Shown here in pieces: positions 55,846 to 64,000 of a stretch of DNA of 64,000 nucleotides. This stretch comes from an uncultured Gammaproteobacteria bacterium (GTDB lineage: Bacteria; Patescibacteriota; Patescibacteriia; UBA1558; S5-K13), in assembly GCA_964640635.1 (NCBI GenBank), contig CAZXFD010000003.1, forward strand, positions 65,149-129,148. The letters are read 5' to 3'. Position 1 is the first letter of the stretch. Each line of letters opens with the position of its first letter. Made by a program: the position numbers and the translations under genes. The notes beneath the pieces are model-generated. The model saw only the letters and a list, made by a program, of their open reading frames with translations, was not told the origin of the DNA and did not search any database.

Positions 55846-56058
55846 TTAGGGGGTTAGTTACGTAGCTTCGTAGCTAATCAGTTGAGAGAAAAATTTTACA
55901 ATAGAATAATAAAAGGCCGTAAGGCTTTTTTATTATTTTCAATTTACTATTTAGCAATTTTCCATTGATTTTCAATTTAGATATTTAGAAATTCAAATAG
56001 TAAATAATAAATAATAAATCAATTAAAAATTGAAATTAATAAATAATAAATAAATTGT

Positions 56059-56439
56059 ATGAAAAGCGATTTAACAAAACAAGAGAAATCCCAAGTATTA
56101 GAAGAAAGAACTTCAAGATTTAGCGAGTCTATAATAGGACTTTGTAAATCATTGGAGTCTAATGGCTCTATAAGAATTTTAATAAATCAATTAATGAGAT
56201 CAGCCACTAGTATAGGGGCAAACTATATTGAAGCAAACAACTCAAGTTCCAAAAAAGATTTTAGAAATAAGATATATATTTGTAGAAAAGAAGCCAATGA
56301 AACCAAATATTGGTTAAGATTACTTTCTCAGTATGGGCAAGGGTCTATAAAAATTCAAGAATTAACACAAGAAGTTCAGGAATTTTGTTTAATATTTGGG
56401 AAAATTACGGGAACAATAAATAATCAAATAAATAAATAG
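56059..56439 (+). CDS. four-helix-bundle protein (TIGR02436-like), paralog of 1477..1869
   Basis: SATSIGANYIEANNSSSKKDFRNKIYICRKEANETKYWLRLL family pattern. Confidence 0.6.
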   Translation: MKSDLTKQEKSQVLEERTSRFSESIIGLCKSLESNGSIRILINQLMRSATSIGANYIEANNSSSKKDFRNKIYICRKEANETKYWLRLLSQYGQGSIKIQELTQEVQEFCLIFGKITGTINNQINK

Positions 56440-56477
56440 TGAATCAATTGAAAATTGAAATTAGAAAATAAAGAATT

Positions 56478-56825
56478 ATGAATAAGTATCAACTTGGAAA
56501 ATTTGGTCAGGACATTGTTGAGAAGAAATTTATCTCAGATGGTTTTAAAATTCTAGATAAAAATCAAAAATATAATATTGGAGAACTCGATCTTGTTTGT
56601 AAGAAAGGCGGCAAGATATTTTTCATTGAAGTAAAAACAAGAACAAATACCGTATTTGGAGAAATTGAAAATTGCATCTCAGATTATAAATTAAAAAGTC
56701 TTGAGTCGGCAATAGCTAGATATTTAGAAGAGAAAAATATTGATGTGGATTATTCCCTTGTTTTTGTATTTGTATTTATTGATAGGAAAAACAAAAAGGC
56801 AAGGATAAGGTTGTTGGAGTGTTAG
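56478..56825 (+). CDS. YraN-family (UPF0102) endonuclease-like protein
   Basis: GELDLVCKKGGKIFFIEVKTR signature. Confidence 0.75.
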   Translation: MNKYQLGKFGQDIVEKKFISDGFKILDKNQKYNIGELDLVCKKGGKIFFIEVKTRTNTVFGEIENCISDYKLKSLESAIARYLEEKNIDVDYSLVFVFVFIDRKNKKARIRLLEC

Positions 56826-56835
56826 TTTGTAAAAA

Positions 56836-56868
56836 ATAAAAAAGCCCGCACTGGATTGTACGGGCTGG
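56836..56868. terminator. bidirectional terminator
   Basis: aaaagcccgcactggattgtacgggctgg. Confidence 0.5.
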
Positions 56869-56872
56869 TAAC

Positions 56873-58096
56873 CTATTGTTTGTTTAGAAGAGCAAGAAAC
56901 TCTTCTGTTTTTGCCTTGAAGATGTCTTTGAACTCTTCTGGCGGTTTTCTTGTGATTAAGGAGCTGAAATCTTCGTAATTCATATCAGAAAAAAGTTCAG
57001 AAATTCTGCTTCTTACTGATTTTGTTAGCTCAAAATTACGAGGCGCAGACTCGCTCCAGTATAGAATCAATTGGGAAATATCGTTTATGCCCTTTAGATT
57101 ATTGATGAGTAACTGAGTAAGGATTTTTTCAAATAACTCTACATTACAGTAGTTCCAAGTGTGTTTATACGCAATTAAATCATCAAGATCCTGAAAAACG
57201 AATTCCGTTTTCTTTATGATTTCTATTGCTCGGTAGGATATATATATTCTCACCATATGACAATAGGGAAGATCACTGTATAATTTCCTAAGTATTTTTA
57301 TATCTTCTTCGGTAGAAAGAATTTCTCGCGCTTTCCAGCTTGCCGCAGACTCTACATGAGAAAAGTCAGTCACTCTTGTGGAGTTATTGCATATCTCTAC
57401 TAATTTGTTTAGATCAGATATGTTCGACATTTTTGAGAGAAGATCCACGATTTTTTCATCGATTAATTCTCTGGATTTAGATTCGCGAGGAGAGTGTGCC
57501 CACAGAATCTCAATATCGTTAATATTGGATATAGAAATATTGGATAGCGCCTCTATTACTAGCTCAGCCATCCTTTTTTCAACTTCAGGAGAATTGCGAA
57601 CTATCTTTTTCCATTTTATAAGTTCATTGACTTCGGCCTTAGAAATAATGTCTGATTTTAGCTCAGATATTTTTCTTCTGATAAGCATATCTACGATTCC
57701 GTATTGATATTCATTTACCAGACGAATCAGTTCTTCTGTGTCAGTTTCCTGACAAAGAATTTCGGTAGTCTTTTGCTCAAGGGCAGATTGTAATTCAGGG
57801 ATTTTGTTTTCTCTATCGCGATCATATCTGAGGAGCGCATATAAACTATCAGTATGCTCGACAATATTTACTAGACAACTTTTAATTCTTTCTGTGTCGG
57901 AAGAAGTATCAAGCATGTTAAAGACTTGATGAAACTCCAAATCCTCAATAGGAGGATCTATTTTCCTCAAAAAGTTTTCAAGAATATCCTGATTTGTCAT
58001 TGGCTTTTGCGAAATTGACTCTTCGGAAATTACAGGCATTGCTTCTTCGAACTCTTCTTTTGCTTTTGGGAAAAGTCTTTTAAAAAACTTTTTCAT
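56873..58096 (-). CDS. all-alpha hypothetical protein
   Basis: 407 aa ORF. Confidence 0.5.
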   Translation of the reverse strand: MKKFFKRLFPKAKEEFEEAMPVISEESISQKPMTNQDILENFLRKIDPPIEDLEFHQVFNMLDTSSDTERIKSCLVNIVEHTDSLYALLRYDRDRENKIPELQSALEQKTTEILCQETDTEELIRLVNEYQYGIVDMLIRRKISELKSDIISKAEVNELIKWKKIVRNSPEVEKRMAELVIEALSNISISNINDIEILWAHSPRESKSRELIDEKIVDLLSKMSNISDLNKLVEICNNSTRVTDFSHVESAASWKAREILSTEEDIKILRKLYSDLPYCHMVRIYISYRAIEIIKKTEFVFQDLDDLIAYKHTWNYCNVELFEKILTQLLINNLKGINDISQLILYWSESAPRNFELTKSVRSRISELFSDMNYEDFSSLITRKPPEEFKDIFKAKTEEFLALLNKQ

Positions 58097-58106
58097 CTTA
58101 TTCTCC

Positions 58107-58616
58107 TTAAAGTTTTAACTTTGATAACTTTTCTTGAATTTGTTTTTGTGTCGCAGAATCTAAAAATTGTTTGAATTCGGGTTCATGCAATTTTTGTAAC
58201 TCACTATATGTATTTGCATATTCAAGCATCTTTTGAAAAGAGATTTTCATGTTTGAAGAATCTTTTTCCGTTTTGCTCAATTGAAAGCTTTGCAGAGCCT
58301 CATCATAGGTGGTTGTAGATTCTACTATACTTTTTAATAACGTTCCATTTCTGGAGTTATTGAATTGTTTCTTGAGATCTACAAAATTAGATGGGGTTTT
58401 ATTGCTGATGTTGCTAAGTTGTTCAATTTGTTTAGATAGTTTTTGAATTTCTTTGGATTGTGTATTAAATAAGCCGGTGATTCCAAAATTATATAGCAAG
58501 AGTATCATGCCAATTACCCCGAAAACTAATATGCTTAGATTACAAAAAGTGGAATCAATATTTTTATTAGTCGCCACGAACCATTTGATTAATTCATTAT
58601 ATTGTTTTTCTTCCAT
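58107..58616 (-). CDS. membrane-anchored hypothetical protein
   Basis: 169 aa; one TM; 10 bp upstream of the previous gene (operon). Confidence 0.5.
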   Translation of the reverse strand: MEEKQYNELIKWFVATNKNIDSTFCNLSILVFGVIGMILLLYNFGITGLFNTQSKEIQKLSKQIEQLSNISNKTPSNFVDLKKQFNNSRNGTLLKSIVESTTTYDEALQSFQLSKTEKDSSNMKISFQKMLEYANTYSELQKLHEPEFKQFLDSATQKQIQEKLSKLKL

Positions 58617-58853
58617 TTTATCCTCCTCAGGATTTTATTTAGTTATTTTGTTGTCAAAGAGCCTTCATTTACTCTTTACAACTTAATCGTATCATATTGT
58701 CAAGTATATTCAACGAGTGTCAAATATATGCATTAAGTAAGTATTTGTATTTATACTTTAAGTGCCATTATTACTTGCTATAATGTATTATTTATGATAT
58801 ACTAAATAATAGTCGGATTACTACGACTACATACTAAAATTAAATATAAAAAT

Positions 58854-59612
58854 ATGAGCATTGGTATAAAAAATGTGCTTTTGAAGCTTGGAATAGAAGA
58901 TAAAAAAGCAGAAATATATCTATCTTGTCTTGAAAAAGGGGGTGCAACTGCATATTCTATAGCAAAAAAAGTAGGATTAAAGCGTCCAACAGCGTATGAC
59001 ATATTATATTCCCTTCAGAAAGAAGGACTTGTTTACATTGCTATAAAGGATAAAAAGAAGCTTTTTTACCCAGCAGATCCAGAAGTCCTAATGAGAAAGA
59101 TCAAAGAAAAAGAAAAAGATTTGAGCCTTGCAATGCCAATGTTACAAAATTTATACAATTCTCCCAAGACAAAGCCGAACATAATGTATTTTGAGGGTAT
59201 TGAGGGAATAAAACAAATGTATGAAGATGGTTTAAAAATTTTAAAAAAAGGAGATGAAATACTTTCTTATGGTGGTGAAGATATGGTTAAGTATTTACCA
59301 AAATATAGTGAGTATTATGTAGACGAAAGAGTTAGAAAAGGAATTTCCGTAAGGGGAATATATAAACAAGCTTCAGAGTATGAAAATTATGTAAAAAAAA
59401 GCAAAGAACAGCTAAGAGAAATTCGTCTTGTTGATGAGAGATTATTTGATGTTCAAAATGAAGTTTTGATTTATAAAAATAAAGTTGCAATTACTAGCTT
59501 TGGCAAAGAAATGTTTGGAATGATTATAGAATCACGTGAAATTTATAACTGCCAAAAAGCAATGTTTGAACTCGCATGGAGTGGTGCAGAAGTGATTAAT
59601 AGACTGAAATAG
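58854..59612 (+). CDS. TrmB-family transcriptional regulator
   Basis: N-terminal LGIEDKKAEIYLSCLEKGGATAYSIAKKVGLKRPTAYDILYSLQKEGLV winged-helix typical of TrmB. Confidence 0.7.
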   Translation: MSIGIKNVLLKLGIEDKKAEIYLSCLEKGGATAYSIAKKVGLKRPTAYDILYSLQKEGLVYIAIKDKKKLFYPADPEVLMRKIKEKEKDLSLAMPMLQNLYNSPKTKPNIMYFEGIEGIKQMYEDGLKILKKGDEILSYGGEDMVKYLPKYSEYYVDERVRKGISVRGIYKQASEYENYVKKSKEQLREIRLVDERLFDVQNEVLIYKNKVAITSFGKEMFGMIIESREIYNCQKAMFELAWSGAEVINRLK

Positions 59613-59729
59613 TTGATTAATTATTCACCATAAAATAGGGCTTTTGCCTATATTGACTTTTTTTGTAGATGTAATAAAGTAAACACACTGAATTTATTTT
59701 TTGATAAAATAAAACTAAAAATTAAAAGA

Positions 59730-60914
59730 ATGTCTATGGTGAAAAAAATATTTTTGTCGATGTCAATATTCACCATTTTTTTATTTGTCTCTGGCATTGC
59801 AAATGCTCAAGAAATTGACACAAATGAAGAATATGGTAAAACTTGTACACTTCGAAAGTGCGAAGTACCCATACCAACGTTAATTGCACCAGATAAAGTT
59901 AATTTTAGTGGAAAAAACGATATTTATCTTACGGGACTTACATGGAACAACACAAAAATTCAAGTTTATCTAGATGCGCAGTATCAGGGTGAAGCAGTTG
60001 TTCAAAAAGATGATAGCGATATAGGAAATTTTTATTACAAAATAGAGGCTAATACTGTTGATAAGGGTAATCACAAATGGGCTGTTATCGCAACAAGTGG
60101 ATATTCAAGAAGTTTTGTATCAAAAGAAAACACATTTTATGTATCTAGAGATAAAACAAAGCCTGTTCTGCCAAAAAGTGAAGAAAAGCAAGTAGAGCCT
60201 ATTAAAAACAATGTTGATGCCTTAGAAAATGCAAGTTCTACTACATCAAGTATTGAGATTATTCTACCTAATGTGGATATAAGTGAATCAGCAAGTACAA
60301 CGGTTCAAGATTTAGAGACAACATCAACTACGAAAGGCATTGATATAAGCTTAACAAGCACAGAGGATATTATTGTGCCAAGTGACATAGCTACAACAAC
60401 AGAAGCTATTATAGGTGAGCCAGTAAAGGAACCCATCAAAGAACAAGTTGAAAATGTTGTAAATATAAAAACAACAAAAGAAACACCAGAAACTCCTGTA
60501 AATGGTGATAGCACAGAAAAAACAAGTGCCATTAAAGAAGATAAAAATGGAGTAGTCATTAGTAGTGTAGAGTCTCCTAGAGAAGTAAGTGTTTATGAGA
60601 AAAGCGAAAGCGATGTTAACGTTAATGTCGCGGGGGGTGTTGGAAGAGAAAGTCTTGTCGTGGATGATAACAATTATAAACCATCTGAAAGTCAACCAAA
60701 TATTGAATCAGAAAAAAAGGAAAGTGGTATTGTAGAAAAATTACAAAATGCAAAACCAGGGGATGTATTGCTAGAGAAAATAAAACAGGAATTAGGATTT
60801 AATTCAGAAATAGAAAAACAAAAGAAAAATAGGATTATAGGAATTTCAATTTTGTCCTTTGTTGTGGTGCTTTATGTGATAGTATCTATTGCAAGAAAAA
60901 AGGATAAAAAATAA
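59730..60914 (+). CDS. secreted, C-terminally membrane-anchored surface protein
   Basis: signal peptide, Thr/Ser/Glu-rich linker, C-terminal TM plus KKDKK. Confidence 0.55.
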   Translation: MSMVKKIFLSMSIFTIFLFVSGIANAQEIDTNEEYGKTCTLRKCEVPIPTLIAPDKVNFSGKNDIYLTGLTWNNTKIQVYLDAQYQGEAVVQKDDSDIGNFYYKIEANTVDKGNHKWAVIATSGYSRSFVSKENTFYVSRDKTKPVLPKSEEKQVEPIKNNVDALENASSTTSSIEIILPNVDISESASTTVQDLETTSTTKGIDISLTSTEDIIVPSDIATTTEAIIGEPVKEPIKEQVENVVNIKTTKETPETPVNGDSTEKTSAIKEDKNGVVISSVESPREVSVYEKSESDVNVNVAGGVGRESLVVDDNNYKPSESQPNIESEKKESGIVEKLQNAKPGDVLLEKIKQELGFNSEIEKQKKNRIIGISILSFVVVLYVIVSIARKKDKK

Positions 60915-60920
60915 GCAAGT

Positions 60921-61400
60921 TTATGAAGTTTTTAGATCAGTCCCGTTTATTGGGGCTGATTTTATTTCTAATAAAATATAAATTATTATTGAAATTGTAA
61001 TATAGGTATCTGCTAAATTAAAAATTGGGAAGCTCCATATTTTTATAAAATCTATTACACCAGCATATAGAAGTCTGTCTATTAGATTACTTATTGCACC
61101 AATTATTATAAGTGAGAATAAAAAGCTTTTTATATATTCCCTTTGTTGCATTTTTTTAAGAGCATTATATATAAGAAAAGACACTATTATGAACGTTGTA
61201 ATTAGTATTATAATATAAGGCACCTTTATGCTAAACGCAATACCACTGTTTATTTGGCTTTCTAGTCCAAAAAAATCAAAAAAATAAACTCCTTTTTGAG
61301 AGAGTTTATTTAAAGATATATATTTAGTAATCCTATCTATTATAAATAGCATTAGACATGAAAAGTATATAATAAATATTTTGAAGTTTTCTTTTTGCAT
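60921..61400 (-). CDS. lspA: lipoprotein signal peptidase (signal peptidase II)
   Basis: NSGIAFSI and FNLADTYITISIIIYIL motifs; 4 TM. Confidence 0.8.
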   Translation of the reverse strand: MQKENFKIFIIYFSCLMLFIIDRITKYISLNKLSQKGVYFFDFFGLESQINSGIAFSIKVPYIIILITTFIIVSFLIYNALKKMQQREYIKSFLFSLIIIGAISNLIDRLLYAGVIDFIKIWSFPIFNLADTYITISIIIYILLEIKSAPINGTDLKTS

Positions 61401-61402
61401 TA

Positions 61403-61765
61403 TTATAATGTTTTTCTTTTACAATCCATGCATTTGTTTGCCGTAGGAAAGGCTAAAAGTCTTTCTTCTGGAATTGCTTTGCCACACTCAATGCATTTTC
61501 CATAATTTCCCTTTTCAAGAGTTTTTAATGCTTCATTAACCTTTTCTAAAGATTTTTCAAGAGTTTTTTCTAGGTATAGGTCGCTTTCAAAATCAGCTAC
61601 TTCAGAAGCATTTTCATCTTCATCATCTCCATAATCTGGAAATTGTGCATCATAATCATTTTCATGAGCAGAGTTTTTGTTAGCAAAACTTTCTAATTCT
61701 TTTAAGATGTCCTCTTTCTCTTTGAGAAGCACTTGTTTTAATTGCTCAGTTGTTTTTTTATTCAT
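61403..61765 (-). CDS. DksA/TraR-family C4 zinc-finger protein
   Basis: CIECGKAIPEERLLAFPTANKCMDCK zinc finger plus coiled-coil N-terminus. Confidence 0.7.
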   Translation of the reverse strand: MNKKTTEQLKQVLLKEKEDILKELESFANKNSAHENDYDAQFPDYGDDEDENASEVADFESDLYLEKTLEKSLEKVNEALKTLEKGNYGKCIECGKAIPEERLLAFPTANKCMDCKRKTL

Positions 61766-61815
61766 AGCCCTCTTATTTAATATTAAAAATTGATAAACGA
61801 ATTATATGGCGTATG

Positions 61816-62571
61816 TTAAGTTATGTCAATAGGGGAAATTTGTTTTTTAAATTTTAGAAGCAATATTAGTGGATATCTAAATGATTGGTACTTTAAATCG
61901 AAATCATTTGAGTCTTCGTAGGATTTTATTTCATTGTAATCATCTATTATTAAACCGCTATTTCTTGCTCTGTTTATATAGGTTTCTAGCGGATAAAAGT
62001 TAGATTCTATGGTACCATTTGAGAATTTCCTATTTATTGAAAGGGCTTTGTGGTAGGGTTTTTTTATAAGTATTTTTGGTTTAAATCTTAATATTTTTCC
62101 TATAATAGATCTTTTCCACTCAGCTACTGGGTATGAATAATATGGATTTGGAATTGTGATAATTAATTCGCCGTCAGTTTTTAGTATTTGAGATATATTT
62201 TGAAATACTTTTTCTAGACTATTGGTGTCTTGAGCCACCATGTTCATTATGACGATATCAAAAAATTCTTTTTCATAAGGAAGATTTTCTTCTAGGTCTA
62301 ATAATCGTATATTTAATTCGGGATTATTGTTTTTGGCAATAGTTAATAATTCATTAGAATAGTCACAGGCAAAAATTTCAGTTTCTGTGAGTTCATTTTT
62401 CAATTTTTCAAGTAGCCATCCAGACCCACAACCAGCGTCTAGTATTTTTTTGGGTTTATTTAAAGTATTTTTTATATATTTAAACAATAGGCCTGTTTGT
62501 ATTTTGCCATTTTTTGAATTTAAAAAGTTTATATAGTTGTCAGCAGCGATTTTGTCTTTATAAGTCGGCAC
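61816..62571 (-). CDS. class I SAM-dependent methyltransferase
   Basis: ILDAGCGSGWLLEKL motif I. Confidence 0.7.
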   Translation of the reverse strand: MPTYKDKIAADNYINFLNSKNGKIQTGLLFKYIKNTLNKPKKILDAGCGSGWLLEKLKNELTETEIFACDYSNELLTIAKNNNPELNIRLLDLEENLPYEKEFFDIVIMNMVAQDTNSLEKVFQNISQILKTDGELIITIPNPYYSYPVAEWKRSIIGKILRFKPKILIKKPYHKALSINRKFSNGTIESNFYPLETYINRARNSGLIIDDYNEIKSYEDSNDFDLKYQSFRYPLILLLKFKKQISPIDIT

Positions 62572-62655
62572 TGTATTTTTTGAATATTTAAATTAAGTAT
62601 CATTTTATTATATTAACATTATAATTTTTGTGTGTAAATGATAAATTTTGAAACT

Positions 62656-62690
62656 AAAAACCCCCATCCTTTGTAAGGGATGGGGGTTGT
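62656..62690 (-). terminator. intrinsic terminator of the HU gene
   Basis: aacccccatcctttgtaagggatgggggtt hairpin. Confidence 0.5.
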
Positions 62691-62705
62691 CTCAAATCTA
62701 AAAGA

Positions 62706-62987
62706 TTATAATACAGCTTCTTTTGCTGCTTTTGCTAGTCTGAATTTTACAACTGTTTTTGCTGCAATTTTAATTTTTTCTCCAGTTGCTGGGTTGATTC
62801 CCATTCTTTCTTTTCTCTTTGCCTTTACCATTTTTCCAAATCCTGGAAGAACAAATTCTCCACTTGTTTTTACTTCTTTGTATGCTAGTTCAACAAGAGT
62901 GTCCATGAAGGATACTACATCCTTTTTGGATAGACCTGTTTTTTCTGCTAATACTGTCATTAGCTGTGACTTTGTCATCTTTGCCAT
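62706..62987 (-). CDS. hup: DNA-binding protein HU
   Basis: 93 aa; MAKMTKSQLMTVLAEKTGLSKKDVVSFMD ... GFGKMVKAKRKERMGINPATGEKIKIAAKTVVKFR. Confidence 0.9.
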   Translation of the reverse strand: MAKMTKSQLMTVLAEKTGLSKKDVVSFMDTLVELAYKEVKTSGEFVLPGFGKMVKAKRKERMGINPATGEKIKIAAKTVVKFRLAKAAKEAVL

Positions 62988-63139
62988 CTTATTTTTTTTA
63001 GTTAATTGTTAACCTTGCCCAATGTTTATGAGCACTTTTATTATACCACTTTCTAATTATATGATAAATAGGGGTCTTTGTTAATCCCGCCGGTGGCGGG
63101 ATGAAGTCAATAAAAATTATAGTTGATTATTAAAGGGGT

Positions 63140-63988
63140 TTATTCAATATTTTTTAGTTCATTTATATTTTTGACAATGAATTCTATTTTTTTAGTATAT
63201 TTTTTAAAGATAATAAAATATTTATTTGAGTTTTTTAGATAATCGTTAATCATCCGTTTTCTTATTTTGGGGTCTATTTTCCAGGAATATAATTTTTTTA
63301 TAAATATATAATCCTTCTGCGCTAAGTATTTTGAACAAAAACTAAATATATCTTCTTTTTTATAAATTAATTTTCCTGTATGAATGTATGATTTTGCACC
63401 AATTGCATCTCTTATTGAGCGAACCGCCCACTTCACCCATTGAATTTGATTGCTTTTTTCTAATTTAAAACTATCCATTTCATGGGGTTCTAAATGAGTA
63501 TATATTTCAAATGGTAAATTGTCTAAATATCTTTTTTGATAGAATTTAGCAACAGGTGAATATATTTTACCATTTATTTCGGATCTCAAATTAGCTAATA
63601 AACTAGTGGGATCAAAAATAATATTACTCTCTAGAAGTAATTGGTGTTCTGAAGTTGATTTAACATTAAGTCTTTTTAGTTCGTGTTGAGCGAATCTGGC
63701 ATCTACTAAACCAAATTCAATATTTAAATTTAGTTGTGTAAAAGCTTTTTTCGAAGCAGGAAGGTTGAATTCATACCAATTAAGAGTCAGTAGTTGCTTT
63801 ATTTGGGAGGTTTTTAAGAAGTTTTGAAATTTATTTTTTGTTGTCTTTGGTTTTATATCTGATAAGCGATTTTCAGATGTTTGCATGAGATAAAAATTTG
63901 GAGATGATACATAGATTCTTGTATCAATATCTGAACTTGGCACAGCCTCGTCTTTAGCGAATGAACCAATTTCAGTAATTCCAACCAC
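63140..63988 (-). CDS. nucleotidyltransferase-domain (Pol-beta superfamily) protein; N-terminus may extend beyond the window edge
   Basis: GSFAKDEAVPSSDIDT motif near the start; window ends at 64000. Confidence 0.45.
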   Translation of the reverse strand: MVGITEIGSFAKDEAVPSSDIDTRIYVSSPNFYLMQTSENRLSDIKPKTTKNKFQNFLKTSQIKQLLTLNWYEFNLPASKKAFTQLNLNIEFGLVDARFAQHELKRLNVKSTSEHQLLLESNIIFDPTSLLANLRSEINGKIYSPVAKFYQKRYLDNLPFEIYTHLEPHEMDSFKLEKSNQIQWVKWAVRSIRDAIGAKSYIHTGKLIYKKEDIFSFCSKYLAQKDYIFIKKLYSWKIDPKIRKRMINDYLKNSNKYFIIFKKYTKKIEFIVKNINELKNIE

Positions 63989-64000
63989 TTTGAAATCATG

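Noticed and set aside
1-64000. CRISPR arrays, transposases/IS elements, integrases, prophage genes
   Set aside because: No regularly spaced repeat-spacer arrays and no recombinase-like ORFs were seen. The only mobile-DNA hints are the partial tRNA duplicate and the direct-repeat pairs reported above.
1-64000. Alternative genetic code (TGA recoding, as in some small-genome lineages)
   Set aside because: Standard-code ORFs are long and uninterrupted (for example 845, 734 and 576 aa), and conserved proteins align end to end without needing read-through.

Overview
This 64 kb window is AT-rich (about 30% GC) and uses the standard genetic code; long ORFs are not interrupted by TGA. Its gene content looks like a small-genome bacterium of the Patescibacteria (CPR) type. 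It carries dnaA (58..1455, minus) with a four-helix-bundle gene immediately upstream. It also contains ssb, a roughly 10 kb type IV pilus locus (pilB, pilC, three prepilin-type proteins, pilM/N/O-like genes) plus a separate pilT, and the rpmH-rnpA-yidD-yidC cluster. Other recognisable genes are nusA, HU, rplS, lspA, a DksA/TraR-type zinc-finger protein, a PiT phosphate transporter with its DUF47 partner, bactofilin and an 845-aa lamin-tail-domain/PKD surface protein. I identified six tRNAs by hand from the sequence: Arg-CCT, Leu-GAG, Val-TAC, Ala-TGC, His-GTG (with encoded G-1) and Arg-TCT. There is no rRNA, no CRISPR array, no transposase or integrase, and no reverse transcriptase. The most notable non-genic signals are listed below.
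- A perfect 20-bp palindrome (AATGTTCCACGTGGAACATT) occurs four times in 1.5 kb, each copy next to an extended -10 element. The copies lie in front of two small genes and two apparently ORF-less transcripts, next to a TrpR/YerC-like regulator.
- A cluster of six same-orientation DnaA boxes sits beside a very AT-rich tract about 14.5 kb from dnaA, which makes it an oriC candidate. A second, smaller box trio lies upstream of the dnaA operon.
- Two 133-bp direct repeats (3 mismatches) bracket a single unknown gene.
- A 19-nt duplicate of the 5' end of tRNA-Arg lies 85 bp upstream of the intact gene.
- One pilus-locus protein fuses a prepilin signal to beta-propeller-like repeats.
- Three stand-alone receiver-like domains lack the phospho-acceptor Asp.
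- Several GC-elevated islands are present, including a likely structured RNA upstream of the dnaA operon.
- Two small Lys-rich genes are not in the ORF track.
- A roughly G10 homopolymer abuts the nusA stop codon.

Coordinates derived from reading raw sequence lines by hand may be off by one or two bases.
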